A stretch of 64,000 bases of DNA. Source: Asterias rubens. Taxonomy: Eukaryota. The notes beneath the pieces were generated by a model. That model saw nothing but the letters and a program-made list of their open reading frames with translations. It was not told where the DNA came from and ran no database searches. Below are positions 48,801 to 62,277 of the stretch, piece after piece. The DNA is taken from positions 11,718,001 through 11,782,000 of the forward strand of contig NC_047068.1 in the NCBI RefSeq assembly GCF_902459465.1, read 5' to 3'. The number at the start of each line of letters is the position of its first letter. Position 1 is the stretch's first letter. A program made the position numbers and the translations under genes.

Positions 48801-51800
48801 CATACACAAATTCATATCCATAATGCGTCACAGCATGTCCCGACTCGATGTAAAAAACACATTTACAATGTGCATGAATTATAACAAAATTAAGCCCCCC
48901 ACATCAATTCTCCATGTCAGCGACAGACGATCACTTACAATTGTAATCCAGTCGTCATGGAAACCTTTTCCAAAATGAAATTTGACTCTTTCAAATCTAT
49001 TGATAAATTTATCCATCTCGGAAGATTTTTTTTTTTCCCCCTGCAACTTTAAAACCATGTCTGCATATTGATTAACTAGAATGGTTGATAATATATAAAA
49101 AATAAAAAGAAGAGAGGGGGAGAAAACTCAAGGCCATGATGACGATCTCAGAGATGCAGACTTCATGTCGAGTTTGATCTTTTCTTATTGAGTGTTTCCA
49201 GAGGCACCTAAAGATGCCAGGTGCTGTAAGCCACAGATTCACTAAATTGACGAACCCCAGGAAACTGAATATGATTGTATGGCTCAAGTAATACGGCAGG
49301 AAATTAATATTTATTATGGGGTTATTTTTATCACCATGAGCGTTGGATGTTTTCTGAACTCACAGCTGAAAAATAGTCTATTTGGATATCTAACACCCAA
49401 ATGTTCACATAAAAGTCTTGTTTATTTTTTCTTATTACAATTTTTATTTTTTTATTTGTGTATTTATTTTATTACTAATTAAACAAAAAATATTTTCCCC
49501 TTTTTAATAACTGTTTTCTTGTTAATTATCTTCAAAATACTTGTCTTGGGGGTAAATTTAACCAATTAAAACTCCACTTAAAAAACAAGTGGTTCTGAAT
49601 CTAACAAGAATCTTGTTCATTTATACTGCTAAACGAGTTTCAACTTTTGGAATAACAAATGGAATACAAGTGGTAAGAGTAGAAAGCTAAATATTCCCCT
49701 CAATAAAAAAAAACCCTGTTCCTTTCAGAGCTGAAATCGTAGAATAATGGTTTTATCTTGAAAACTTTTATTATTTTGAAAAGTGAAAATGCAAAGAAGA
49801 TATGACTAAGTTATCAGTAAATAATATTATCTGCAAAACAGTGACTAACTTGAATAAAGTGTTTTAATAACTAAATAATTGGCTAATCTAGTGAGATGAT
49901 TTTAATGGTTTACTTTCCAATTTTCAATTTGCAAATCAGTAATTTTACAAAACCAAAACTGGCTAACTAAAGACTATTGTGCATATGATGAGATTTTGTA
50001 CCTATTCCAGATTTGAACAAGCATTACAAAAGTCATCTCAACATAGATCTTGCACTCAAGCAGCCATCTTTGTCTGGTTTCCATTGTGTACAAAGCTTAT
50101 TATCATGCTTTGACTGACAGGGGCCAGACTAGTCACCTTCAGCCTCATTTTGGTCATATTGACCTAATGAGAAGGAAAACAAAGATGGCTGCCCAAAGCT
50201 AGAGGCCTATTAATAGAAGCAGAGAGATGAAAAAGAGTAGCGTAGAGAGTTTGCATCTTAAAGATTTGCTTTTACGAAGCTGAAGATAGAAAAGCTGAGG
50301 CATGCTACGGATGAAACATTACACGCAGAGTGGCTTGAACTTAACATGCTTAAAATGCTCCTCATCTAATGTTGCAATAAAATCATCTAACAAATATACG
50401 TGCATCGTACTGGGGCCCTCGCTGGGACCGTAACAAGATTGTTAAGATCGATTTAAGATTCTTCTTAATGTGTGAGAGTGATGATGAAAGAGATTGTACA
50501 ACATCTAATCAGAATAATCCATCAGTGCTCAATAAATAGATCTCATAAATATCTATGATTTGATGCTGCGAAAACTGTATTGGATAGAGCATTAAAATTT
50601 GAACTTTTTTAGTTTCTTGAATATAGTTGAGTATCATGAGGAAACATTACTCAGTAAAGCTCACTGGAAACTCAACATAAAGTGAGATTTACATGTATAC
50701 TGCTTACTCGCAGAGAAATAAGGCAATGTTGTACCAGCCCTTTAAGATGTCAGTACATGTATGTAAATTAGTCATGATTGAATTTGCATAATACATGAAT
50801 GAGTTCCTACATGTATGTGGCCCAATGACCTCCACTGACCCAGAGATAGCATTCATGAAAGACGACTGTTTTCTTCAACTAACATGGACAAATTTGAAGC
50901 AAATCGAACAATAAGGCACAATTTTTGTACCAAATATTTAGGATGTTTTTTTTTTTTCATCTATGGTCCCCACAGCTTGTAGGGATATATTGAAAACTGC
51001 TCCCAATCAGTCAAGACAGTCGCTTGTTTTGAGTTCGTTCCAGAAGGATGGGTTACAGAATACAAACTCTATGGGTCAACGGAGAGTCATTTTAATCATG
51101 CTTTTATTCCAGGCTTCATCATCTCCACGGAAAAGTCGGTCACTTGGATAAGGATGATATCCCGAGTGTTCACTTTCTCTACTCTCAAGACATTAAAGTG
51201 GCACTCTAAGTCTACACAATACATCTCTATTTGGATTGGATTGACTGAATAGGCAAGAAGTTCGCAAACTCCTGCTTTAAGTCTAGAGCATTAAAATAAC
51301 AAACACTAGCCCTCTATCGCGCAACCTCATCAAATTTCAGCGAGCAAATTCGCTTGGGGTTGTGAAGTGCTTAGAGCACGCGGCAGCGTAAATGTTTTGG
51401 TTGTGTAGGACACAAATAGACTGTTATTTATTTGTCCTGTTTATGGAGACAAAATCCTTCACTTCGACTCATGAATTATTTTCACTTGGAATCTAATCTC
51501 ACAAGATTATTTATATAAAAATATTAAAATCAGTGAAATATTTCATACACATTAAGCGATGAGATGCATTGTGTATATTGTGCCGAGCTAATTATGGATG
51601 GATTTGTGAATGAAGTTTAAGTGAGCGTCGAATAGGAATATGAATATGCAGATGAAGATGAAATATTAATTAACAATCTGAAACATCAAATAGAAATTGT
51701 TGACAAATATAAAATGGACACAGGAAGACTTACTGCATGACATACTCGATAACTCTTTATCACCAAAGGCAAGGGAAAGAAAGGGAGGAAGGATTGAATT

Positions 51801-52559
51801 AAGAAATAGAAACAAATCAATATATCCTATTGAATTCAATTTATTTGTATTTACTGCAAGGAGAGACATTCAAATGAAGCTAAGGCCCTGTTCGAATTAG
51901 CGGCTACAGCAACGGCTAAGGCTAGATTTCCATGTCGTCATACATTGAAGTATGGGACATCCTTAGCAACACACTTAGCAACATCCGTAGCCGTAGCTCT
52001 AGCTGCCAATCCGGACAAGAGATGCAGAAACCAGGTCAAAAATGTTGAACCCGCGGTGACAAAAAATATAGAAACCGCCTCCCGCTGTGCATACAATGCA
52101 GCCCCACATGCATAATGAATAATACACACAAATCATAACATAAAAATGTACATCAACTGCACTATTGTTCTTATGAAATTTCATAATCGTATTAGTTATA
52201 AAAATCATCATAACATTTTTAATAATAGAGGAGGTTTAAAAACTGAACTGCAAGGGAGAAATATTCAAAGAATGTTAGATATTTGATACATGATAATACA
52301 CACTGACACAAATCAAATAATCAAAAGAATGATTCAATCCCCTTTGGTCTGACAATTGCATCACTGTGTTTAAGGTCACAGCTCCACACTAGACCGGAAA
52401 ATAAACTTGGAGGGGGGGGGGGATTGGGGGTGGGTAGAAGAGAAGAATTACTTCAAAGATAAAGTGTGTAATAACAGAGGCTATTCTTAAACTTGGATTA
52501 ATCTCAAATGCAACTTATTAGAATGGTAACATAGTTGGCAATTGTGAACATTGACTTAA

Positions 52560-52852
52560 CCCTTTAAAGACCATAGCATGCTGAAATGGCTTGTACCAAA
52601 ATGCCCAAAGTGGCCGGAAACTGCTCAAAGATCTGACATATTTTCACTCAAATCAAAAAGGGTAAAAGTAAAGGTCATATCCTGAATAAACATTTTCAAA
52701 TGTTTTCCATGTTAACATAGTATCTTTGCTTCTGAAACAAAACCAAATTTCTGTTTCAAATTTCTCTTTTAGACATTTTTACAAGAACAAAATTAGGTCA
52801 ACAACTCAACGATAGTAGCAATTTCTGGACGTTGTCTTTGAAAGGGGAAGGG
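52560..52852. mobile_element. piggyBac-like MITE (TTAA|CCC...GGG|TTAA)
   Basis: ttaa|ccctttaaagac ... gtctttgaaaggggaaggg|ttaa. The TIR is imperfect. Confidence 0.6.
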
Positions 52853-54642
52853 TTAATCAAATCTTAAGCATTTCTTGAGGTTACTTATTGTTGTGATTTC
52901 TTTGAGCACAGAGAAAGGTCCTTTCTCTATGGTTTGAGTTCCGAGACCAAGGCTGATTTCAATCTTCATTTAAGTTTGAGGGGAAAATGAAGGGCCAAAA
53001 TACACAGGACTGGAATGACTCGCAGGCCAATGCCCTCTGTTGCCCCTGGTCCGTGGTGCCCCCTTCAAAATTCCAATTGACTTTAAGGTTTTCCAATGGA
53101 AGTGCCCTTTTCAGAATGAAAACGGGCTTTCGCGTTCAAGGATAAAATTCCACGCCTGAATACAGAAAAATTTCAAGGAAAATACAACTCTTGATTTAAT
53201 CTTGAGAGACCTAAGTGGTATGACTAATTGCTCCCAGCATGGGGAGTCTCTATAGTCTCGTCTCTTGTTCTGGTTCAACTTTGGCCAGGTCATCATTCAG
53301 AATCTCTGATCCTCTCTCAGAAGTAAAGATACTAGAATATCGATTCATGTGGGACAGAGCCCTGGGCAATTCCGCTGCTCATCCCTTACGTTAAAGGGAT
53401 GGTTTAAATAACTACCTGGGGATCAGTTCTTAATCTGACGCAATCCATCATCATTTGGTAAACACTCAAACTGTTAGAATCTTGGCACAAAAAGCATCAA
53501 AACTGTGCTTACCTGGATAAAGTAACCAGCCAAAATAACATGTCACATGTACAATATATGACTGTTATCTTGCTTAATTTTTGCTAAGCAGAACATTTTT
53601 GAAGCCCTATTTTCTGCTTAAGAAGCTCTCATGAAACTGGGCCCTGATTATGGTGAAGTGTTAAACTCAAAACCTTGTTACTCAACATAAGGAAGTACAA
53701 TAAGTATTCCTTCCACACAGAAACAATGTATAATGATATATTTATTCAAATGTAAATTGTCGTGAGTTGATCCCCCATTTTTGTTAAATCATCCTCTTTG
53801 ATGCCCTATATTGAATTGATGTACATGGCAACATACACAAATAAAACTACACCAACGAACACAGCACATACTGAAGTTGTATCTCAGAACCAAGTTATTA
53901 CTGAAATTACTGTACATGATACATTCACATGAACCACGAGAGTCAGTGAAGGTGTTGAAGAAATACTTTGTTCAGGTTTTATTATATTTTAAATTGTAAT
54001 CAAAATATGACACTTTAACTGATGATTGCTTTTTGGATGCATACAGTGTCTGATGACTGTAATTTCTTCCTGTTATAGTACATGTGTACTAACTCTATGG
54101 GTTGTATTTCTTCACAGTGAATTAATTTTTGAAATTTTGAAATCAACTTTTTATGAGGGTGAAAATATCAAGAAAGGTTTTGGTCCCCAGAATGTCTATA
54201 TCTAGTTACAAATTTGGTTATTATATGCAACAATACATTAACTTATTGTAGAATTGGCCTCCTCAATATTGTCTTCTGCATTCTGTAAAGTACGTCGTTC
54301 AAGATGGAAATAAATGTTATATTGAATTGCATTAATAATAATAATAATAATATTAATAATAAGACTTGTAATGCGCACATATCCACCCGGCTGGGTGTTC
54401 AAGGCGCAGAGTTGAACACTGAAAGTGTAGTTTGTTGTAAACCAAACTATAAGCAGATGTTTTTTTATGCCAGCGTTTCCCAGCATTATTGTGAAACAAA
54501 TACGCACACAGCATCTAAACGCATCACATTCATCTTTGGTAAATGATGCTGATGCAACTTCGCAAAACACCAGCAAGTTGAACAATGCATCCAAGGCTTA
54601 TGGGTTTTTTTTTTTTCTTGTGAGGCGCTGTGTTCTTTGTAG

Positions 54643-54952
54643 NNNNNNNNNNNNNNNNNNNNNNNNNNNNNNNNNNNNNNNNNNNNNNNNNNNNNNNNNN
54701 NNNNNNNNNNNNNNNNNNNNNNNNNNNNNNNNNNNNNNNNNNNNNNNNNNNNNNNNNNNNNNNNNNNNNNNNNNNNNNNNNNNNNNNNNNNNNNNNNNNN
54801 NNNNNNNNNNNNNNNNNNNNNNNNNNNNNNNNNNNNNNNNNNNNNNNNNNNNNNNNNNNNNNNNNNNNNNNNNNNNNNNNNNNNNNNNNNNNNNNNNNNN
54901 NNNNNNNNNNNNNNNNNNNNNNNNNNNNNNNNNNNNNNNNNNNNNNNNNNNN
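54643..54952. other. Assembly gap (310 N)
   Basis: Run of N. The true length is unknown. Confidence 1.
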
Positions 54953-55682
54953 AATAGGTTTATATATTTCCATAAATTCAAAAAAGCTTCTTTCATCCCC
55001 AATCCTCGTAATTTCAAAAAAATAAATAAGAAATGATTTTTTGGCGTCCATCCAAACAATGACAAAATTGCATCAAATCGCCAACATTTTGTATGTGTAC
55101 CATCAGGTCTGCTTTTGATCAAAGCTATCGTTGAAATCATAAGCGCTTTTGTTCCTTTATCGATTGTGAAAAGACTGTTTTATCTCATACGAAAACAAAT
55201 CAATAAAAGGTTTTTTTGTGTGCTACTTTCCTCACACATGGCTGCTAGTTTAGATAAACAATACACACACTGAAATTTCCATTCTGGTCTGAATAGTTTT
55301 AACTTAACTCAAAACCAGCCATAAATAATATTTGTTTTCTATTTTGTCATAAAGAATAAATTAATTGTTATTATGCGAATGAGAAACACAGTTCACAGCG
55401 GCATCATAGTCGGGAGGAAGTGCGTAAATGAATTAATTGAAGTGAAATGCTTTCGAAGTGACGGGGTTCCAGACTCCCAACATTCCTGCGTTGATAACAA
55501 CTGCATGAGGTCTTCACGCTTTAATTTGCAGCGAACATTCAAAACAAATTAGTGTTCGCTTCAATTTCATGATTATGATCAGAATTGAAACAAATAATGG
55601 CAGGGATGAATCAGCATTTTAATATTTATTCTGATTTTCAGACCAAAAATTATTCATGTTTTGACAAATTTACTGGAGTTAA

Positions 55683-57246
55683 AGGGAAAATACATTTGGT
55701 AACTCTTCAAATCTTTTGGTTAGAAGACTACAGCAGCTTATGATAGTACAAAGTATTTTGAGAAGTATTTCACTTTGAAGTAGTGTGGTTATGTAAAAGA
55801 TATTAACTTTTTATGCCCCAAAATTAGATTCTGAGAAGCCTTACAGTCAGTAACGTTTCTCAGATTGTGTATTCCTATTAGGGATTGTTCTTCTTGCGTG
55901 GACATCTGCCTCAAGCATGGTCTTGGAATGCCATGTCAGTTTGTATGTTTTAAGAATTTGAAAAAGTATTACACATTCTTGGTTTTTTTCTTTTGACCAG
56001 CAGAGTGGGTTCAAGTCCATATGGATGGGACGTAAAGCCGTTGGTCCTGTGTGTTGTGAAATGCTCCTAAAAGAACCCAGTGCAGTTAAAGTTAAAAGAA
56101 GGGGTTCACCCCTTTGTTTCTGACATGGTACGTTGTGCTTAGTTTGCAACACAGCATCTTGTAAACTGTAACCTGAGGTATAAATACATATTTTGTAAAA
56201 TGTGTCTTAAAGATTCGAATACAGCTCAGCATACCTGTAGTAATTATACTAAGTATTTGGGATGCCCTTCGGATGTAAAAAGCGCTACATAAGAGCCGCG
56301 TGTTAACATTACTATTATTATAGTATATCCATTAGCTTAATGAAGTAATTTACTGTAGCATATAGGCCTATAAGATAACAGCCAGGTACAAATAAACATA
56401 ACGCGTCATCAAACGCATTGAACTATTGACATCCTAGAAGTTGAAAGTACTTTTTCAACAGCTTTAAAGGGATGATGCAACTCATGTATTTAAAAGCTTA
56501 AAGTAAAGAAGCTTTCAACACAGGAAACTTTCCTCATTTAAAGACATTGGACACTATTGATAGATGTCAACGACCAATCTTCTCACTTGGTGTATCTCAA
56601 CGTATGCATAAAATAACACACCTGTGAAAATTTGAGCTCGATTGGTCGTCGGAGTTGCGAGATAACTATGAAAGAAGGAAAAAACACTTGTCACACGAAG
56701 TTGTGTGCTTTCAGATGCTTGATTTTGAGACCTCAAATTCTAAACTTGAGGTCTCGAAATCAAATTCGCGGGAAATTACTTCCTTCTTGAAAACTGTGTT
56801 ACTTCAGAGGGAGCCGTTTCACACAGTGTTTTATACAAGCAACGTCTCCACATTACTCATTACCAAGTAAGGTTTTATGCTAATAATTATTTTGAGTAAT
56901 TACCAATAGTGTCCACTGCCTTTAATTCTCCCTTGTTTAAAGCAAAAGGTATGTGTTTGGATCACTCTTAAAATGAATGGCTCTCAATAGTATAAAGCAT
57001 TTTTTAAAACAATTCACTTTTCATGTCCCAAGATTTGAATCTGAGAAGCCTACTGTCAGTAACACTTCTCAGATTGTTTTATTCCTATTAGCAATTCTTT
57101 TTCCTGCGTAGACATATTCACTCCAGATTTTCTGCGGTATCTCAAAAACCGACCACCTTTTGAAATGAAATCTTATAAACTTATCTTTATAGTATACAGG
57201 ATTAAAACGGTCGGACGGCTCCAAAAACCAAAGGTGTACTTTCCCT
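55683..57246. mobile_element. Composite TTAA-flanked TIR element with nested SINE and MITE
   Basis: ttaa|agggaaaatacatttggt ... accaaaggtgtactttccct|ttaa. Its left part is the reverse complement of about 23890-24116. Confidence 0.65.
56542..56921. mobile_element. TTAA-flanked TIR MITE family A
   Basis: ttaa|agacattggacactattg ... caatagtgtccactgcct|ttaa. Confidence 0.92.
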
Positions 57247-57940
57247 TTAAAGGTGTGAAATTATTCAACATTCATCTAGCGCTGACCCAGCCCATAAATA
57301 AATCCAGCGATGTTCACACCTCCAACATTCTCGGAGCAGGACCTGAGCTGGATCTGAGATGGATCTGAGACGGAGCTGTGATGTCATTTCTAACAATCCT
57401 AAAGGTCAGCGTGTAGATAACATTTCAATGAAACCTACTGAGTTGAAAAGTTAGAGAACACCTGCCATGCTAATCGATCACAGGCAAAGACGAAAGGTCT
57501 GGCAAGTTCTGCCTTTCAATAAATCACAGATAAATATTGCTTCTTCTTTTTTCTTACACATTAAAGCAGTACAGCTCATATTTTGTATTTTAAAAAAGCT
57601 CAGTGTATCCTTTCTAAAACACAAAAAACCAAAAAAGGAAAGAACAAATTTAGATTTTACAATTGTATAGATGTTTACTCCTGTATGGAATTTAAGGCAT
57701 GTATGGTGAGGTATCAATATATATTTGGTTTGCGGTAACAAGACAGATTCTCAATAATCTATCTGGCAAGTAGATACACACATGGCATACCACAAAACAA
57801 ATATGTTTACTTCTTTTTTCAACGAATCAAACAAGTAAATTGCATTTAGTTGATGTTACTTAATTAAACCCTTTTTTTCCCTTAAGAACATCAAAGCTGC
57901 ATGCAGTGAATGACATTTACAGGCAACACAGATAACTCAC

Positions 57941-58183
57941 CCAGCCACGACGATAAAACAATCAAGGCGATTCCATGTCTCATGAAAGTACCCTTGTTGA
58001 CCTTTGACCCCCATGGCCAGAAGTTTGATGACCATCTCAGCAGCGAAGAATGCGAAGATGAAGTGGTCAAAGCCGTCTAGAACCACGCATCGTACTGTGT
58101 TGCACTCTTTCTCGCAAGGTAGATACATGCCGAGGGTAATACAGTTCAATATGATGACTGCCATGCTGATCCGCTCAAACCAA
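57941..58183 (-). CDS. Cav3: Cav3 exon: IS1-IS3
   Basis: Encodes [80 protein letters not shown]. Donor GG|gtgagt. The acceptor is AC, not AG. Confidence 0.97.
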
Positions 58184-58204
58184 GTGAGAATGGCAGTTAA
58201 GGAA
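58184..58204 (-). promoter_or_regulatory. U12 (minor spliceosome) branch site and AC 3' splice site
   Basis: Minus strand TTCCTTAAC-tgccattctc-AC|T TGG: an exact U12 branch consensus 10 nt before AC. Confidence 0.92.
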
Positions 58205-58239
58205 ATTACAAAATATTGCTACAAGGATCAATTAATAGA

Positions 58240-58525
58240 CGGATGATCAATAAATAAATAATCGGATGATCAATAAATAGTCAGATGATTTATAAATATT
58301 CAGATGATCAACAAAACAGTCAGATGATCAATAAATAGTCAAAGGATCAATAAATAGTCAGGTGATCAGTAAATAGTCAGATGATCAATAAATAATCAGA
58401 TGATAATAAATATTTAGATAATCAATACATAGTCAAAGGATCAATTAAATAGTCAGGTGATCAGTGAGTCAAAGGATCAATAAATAGCCAGATGATCAAT
58501 AAATATTACCATGATCAATAAATTG
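58240..58525. repeat. Degenerate 19-20-bp tandem array
   Basis: Unit gatgatcaataaatagtca, about 14 copies. Confidence 0.88.
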
Positions 58526-60013
58526 TCTGATGATAAATATATTCATATTTTAATAATCATAGATCAAAATAATGTTTCCATCTCAATTTCAAGCCCGCCC
58601 TGCAAAATTACTTTCACTGTGGTCATGGTGGTAATCATAAATAATGGCAGATGTTAAAAATAATTTACTGATCAACACGAAAGAGCAATATCTGAATTTC
58701 ATAAAAACCCCAAGAACAACCCAAAATAAATAAGTCCACAAAACGACGAATGTCAACAAAATTCGTACTTGCAATACTTTCCAATAATTATACAAACAAA
58801 ATCATATTTTGAAAGGCGATTAACACAACTTTAGTGCCATCATTATACATTCTTATTTATCTACAGAGATAACCCCAAACAGGCAAAGGCCTCCTGAATC
58901 TATCTCAAAAAGGCCTCGATGGAGATAAAACAACACCATGCCTTGAAACCAATGACGTCGTCACTGTCTCTTTCTCCTCATCACAAAGAAGTTCTCACCA
59001 TTGAAGATCATCTCAATCGAAGGACAACTCTTGATTAATTACAATCTATCCTATTATAAACTCAACACACTTCTGCTTTAACATTATAATTTGAAATGTA
59101 CCCAGGAACTAAACAAAGGTGAAGGGATCCTTAGAGCATTGTGGCGTGGAGAGGGGGTGAGATGAAGAAAATTGTCATCAGAATTACAAGTATGAATTTT
59201 GTGGGCAATCATGTTGTGGGCTTACAACATGGTGGGGGGTGAGTGGCAATGTAAAAAAAAAAAAAGCTCAAGTTCATATTGCAGACACACAAAATCAACA
59301 CACTTCTGCTTTAACATTATAATTTGAAATGTACCCAAGAAGAAAAAAGGGTGATTGGAACCTAAGAACATTAATGTTGGGGGGGGGGGGGGGGGTTGTC
59401 AGATGTAGAAATCTTTAAGGTCCCAGGGAATAAGCTGGCCCAGCATTCTTTCAAGTCAGTTGATATATCCTTGGATATATTAAGCATTTATAACGTTCAT
59501 CGGCAAAATGTCAAGGTTAGAATCTGCAGACATCTGGCATGGGATAATGCGCGTGGCAAATAACTTGTTCTTTTGACGGAGCATCGGGGGAAACGTCACT
59601 GAAAAAAAAAAAAAAACACCGACACATTCCCTCCATGTGACATCATTAATGTGTGTTGAATAAAGTATGTCATCGTGCTGATATTCTTTATCTAAACTTG
59701 AATCCTTACTGATAAATGTAAAAAGGACTTTTGCTAATAACATTTGTGTAAGGGTGGTTAAGCAACTCTGCTTACTATTAGTAACAAAACACAACTTCAA
59801 TATCCAAACAAGATTAGCAAGGAATGTCTTCTTGTGTGCGTGCATACTTCACGTTACTTCACAGCTAGTACAGAATTTTGGCACTTAAACACTGTGGATG
59901 GAAAATGGTGGATGTATTAAAGCGCAGCTCACCATAAATGAAGAGCCATAACATTTTTATTTGCAACCTTGGTAACTGTATGGCGCCAATGGTGAAACAA
60001 TCTCCTCCTTTAA

Positions 60014-60391
60014 AGCCAGTGGACACTATTGGTAATTGTCAAAGCCTAGCCTTCACAGTTGGTGTATCTCAACATATGCATAAAATAACAAACCTGTGAA
60101 AATTTGAGCTCAATCGGTCATCGAACTTGCAAGATAATAATGAAAGAAAAAACACCCTTGTCACACGAAGTTGTGTGCGTTTAGATAGTTGATTTCGAGA
60201 CCTCAAGTGCTAAATCTGAGGTCTCGAAATCAAATTTGTGGAAAATTACTTCTTTCTCGCAAACTATGGCACTTCAGAGGGAGCCGTTTCTCACAATGTT
60301 TTATACCATCAACCTCTCCCCATTACTCGTCACCATGAAAGGCTTTATGCTAATAATTATTTTGAGTAATTAGCAATAGTGTCCACTGCCT
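60014..60391. mobile_element. TTAA-flanked TIR MITE family A
   Basis: ttaa|agccagtggacactattggtaatt ... caatagtgtccactgcct|ttaa. Confidence 0.93.
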
Positions 60392-61724
60392 TTAAGTTAT
60401 GGTGATTCTTAAAGCTCAATGGTGAAGAGTAAGTGTATAAATCAAAGCTCTAACAAAACACAGCAGTGGGGGTGAAGCTCAAAGAACAATGCCTCTACCC
60501 CCTCCCTTCCCCCCCCCCCTGCCCTCTTTGGCTCACATAATGGTTATCAATCTAGTAAATCTTGTCTCGTTCTTGAGTTGAGTCTGCCAAATGAGTTTGC
60601 ATTGCTACACTTACAATCTCTGTATGAAAGATACACTTTAGTATTTACCGTTAAACTTCACTTCAATTTGCACACAGAATTTTTAACAAAATAAAAAAAT
60701 TCAACAAAATTCTTCTTAGGGCTTCTTGTAATCGTTGGAGCCAGTTTGTGTGAGGTGGGCGGGGCTTACGGAAGAATGAACTTTTTAACTTAACTTAAAC
60801 TTAAATGCATTTATACACTGTTTCAAAGCGCTGTACAGGCAAGAAAAACATTAAAATCACTGACAAAAAAAAATGAGCAAAAATAGCAAAATGGTTTTAA
60901 AAATACACAACAGTTTTAACTTCAGAGTCTTTTGAAGCTGTATATCAATTTGACAAGAAGGGAAAATTGAAAACCGCAACCATTCATTATTTTTTTATAT
61001 GTAATGTCCAATAATTCTATAGCATATTGTTCTGTGGTTTCTTCTTGCATTAATAGAAACAACTTTACAGTGCATATGACTTAATATCTATCCACCAACA
61101 ACAGAAGTTTTTCCTTCAGAACTCCTAGCTTAAATGTCAACCATTGTTTTGTTGGGGTGATAGAACAAACATTACAACCCAAGATAGTGCCACGACAATG
61201 GACATTTTCACTAAGTAATCAATTCAATGTCCACATAAATAGCATTTGAAAGGTATACTGTGAATAATTCTACAATGTTTTTGCAGTCGCAGTTTCCTAC
61301 ATGGTAAATACAAGCTATGAAACTGCGTTGTAATTTTGGCGTACTGACGTCATAATGCTGTAAGCACGCTTAGCAATACTGAGAAGAAACAATTTACCAA
61401 CCAAAATACCATAATTATATTGTCTACTTTTTATAAACTATTTCTTTCCTAAAACAAAATTGTGGACCAAAATCTGCTCAGCACAATTGTCTGTGCACAG
61501 ACATTGTTCAGCATGAAAAGATGCTACAGATATATATTTGTTTTTGGCAAAAATTTGCAGGGATCAAATTGCAAACAATATACCTGACATGGTATTTTGG
61601 CTAGTAGTAATCTTTTTCTGCAAGGCAAACGTTTTCTCTACTGAGCAGATTCTGTTCTAAACAACTTTGATTGGTTTGCGGTAGGTCCCTCCCCCATTGG
61701 AGCCATTCAAACAGCTTTGTTCCA

Positions 61725-61910
61725 CATGCTGCATCTCTTCGGAACTCCTTGCATGTTTCCCTCCATCCCACAATCTAGATTGTTTTAAGAGGAATATCAA
61801 TTCCTACCTTCAGCTCCCCCGAGTTCTTTCCACTCTAAACTTTTTTTGTTCTTGTAGCCCTATACCAAGAGTGGCTTTTAAACTTGTTTGGGGGAACTTG
61901 CATAAATAAC
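61725..61910 (+). mobile_element. CR1/Jockey-group LINE 3' end fragment
   Basis: NSFVPHAASLRNSL / CFPPSHNLDCFKRNINSYL resembles the SFFP...LWNSLP...FK..VN ORF2 terminus, with an A-rich tail. Confidence 0.55.
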
Positions 61911-62277
61911 AAATGAAACCAAAATTGATAGCTACGTTTGATGAAGCTTAAAAGTGCCTCAATTTTGTCACTCATAAGTGTAACATTAACAAAATTACTC
62001 TCATAATTACTATAAAAAAAACGAATGAAGGGACACAAAAACAAAATTTCTAATCAAAGTTTCTCCACTTAATCCACTGACATCAATATGATTAATGGTT
62101 TTTCATGTGAGGAGCCATTCAGATAGTGCAGTGTTTTAAAGAACCCGGACTTTGCCCACACTGTGAATTGCAAAGTGGTGAACTAACGACAAGCGTGGAA
62201 TCCCACAGATGTTTCTGTAGACACAGCCTCAAGTGTTTAAACTTCGTACCTAAGGAGCTCCAACCATCCGTCAGAGC

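Noticed and set aside
53505-53525. Recursive splice site ttactttatccag|gtaagc in the 12-kb intron (similar one at about 15507)
   Set aside because: Both lie within Harbinger-like repeats with short pyrimidine tracts, and the introns are small for recursive splicing.
54467-55140. Long ORFs of 130-190 aa
   Set aside because: Artefacts of translating through the N gap.
59464-59479. ATATCCTT as the U12 donor of intron 1
   Set aside because: It is on the plus strand. The gene strand reads ATATCCAA and no exon-1-like coding sequence precedes it.
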